The notes below the pieces were generated by a model. It saw only the letters and a program-made list of their open reading frames with translations. It was not told where the DNA came from and ran no database searches. Shown here piece by piece: positions 63,313 to 64,000 of a stretch of DNA of 64,000 nt; within the stretch, counting starts at the first letter, position 1, and every line of letters begins with the position of its first letter. The stretch comes from Felis catus (Eukaryota): the NCBI RefSeq assembly GCF_018350175.1, contig NC_058373.1:104472001-104536000 (forward strand). Direction: 5' to 3'. Position numbers and translations under genes: made by a program.

Positions 63313-64000
63313 GAGGCACGCAATTCTACCTCAGGCAATCAGTTTAATAAAGAGGTGAGGAAACAGCAGAGGAAAATGGCAAATGAGCTCTCTCTTTCTG
63401 AGGGTGAAAATGGGGGTGGTGGCCAATTTCCAAACAGAAAGTTCCCCATAATGGCTTCTCTGTGGTGTATCAGCCATTTGAGAACTTGCTTTCTGTTCTA
63501 AATAAATGCATAGGAAAGTTTTGTAAGGCAACATGAAGACCTTGGGAAGTCATTCAACCTTCCTAGATTGGGGTGTTCTCATTTATAAAATGAGAAAGTG
63601 GGACTAGACACTCTATGGGAAATCTTGGTGTAAAAATTTTAAATTTTATGAAGACCTTGTGACTTAATACCAACTAGCACTGTTTCTAGCTAAGTACAAG
63701 TTAAAATCATAGACTTTGCTTATGCAACCCAATATGGTCCTTCCCTCTCACCTCCTTAAAAAGTAATCTTCCCCAAGCATCACCATGACAACTGAGAAAT
63801 AATCCTGTGTTTCTTCTAAGGAAGGGATTTTCAGATTTATACCTAGACACAGGGCAGGATATTTTTCAGGAAATATCAATGCATTTGGAACTTTCCCTAG
63901 AGTAAAAGATCTAAGTGAGAATCCCTGAAAGAAAAAGAAACAGGAACTGACTTTCTTCTAAAATATTAAAGTAGCTCATACATTGCAGTGTTAAATGCTG

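Noticed and set aside
42667..64000. Search for the conserved first coding exon and promoter of SLC35F4
   Set aside because: No CpG island or matching phase-1 first exon seen; it presumably lies beyond the right edge of the window.

Overview
Mammalian genomic DNA from a cat-family (Felidae) genome, judged by abundant feline-type CAN-SINEs and carnivore L1 3' ends. The window holds the last seven coding exons of SLC35F4 on the minus strand (42666 down to stop at 11356). All seven have canonical GT-AG boundaries and splice in frame (1355 coding nt); the first coding exon lies outside the window. A decayed, internally deleted KRT8 processed pseudogene sits at about 59.7-61.2 kb on the plus strand, presumably inside SLC35F4 intron 1. 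The rest is intronic or intergenic with about 30 CAN-SINEs, L1, L2 and MIR fragments, MaLR and ERV LTRs and DNA-transposon remnants. I see no convincing novel gene system. The most unusual observations are: a disabled counterpart of the human alternative first coding exon of SLC35F4, a four-level nested insertion (5'-inverted L1 > SINE > solo LTR > SINE), a tiny L1 insertion with a perfect 26-bp fold-back, repeat SINE insertion at identical target sites, and microhomology-bounded deletions in the KRT8 retrocopy. Repeat subfamily names and reference proteins are from memory and need RepeatMasker/BLAST confirmation.
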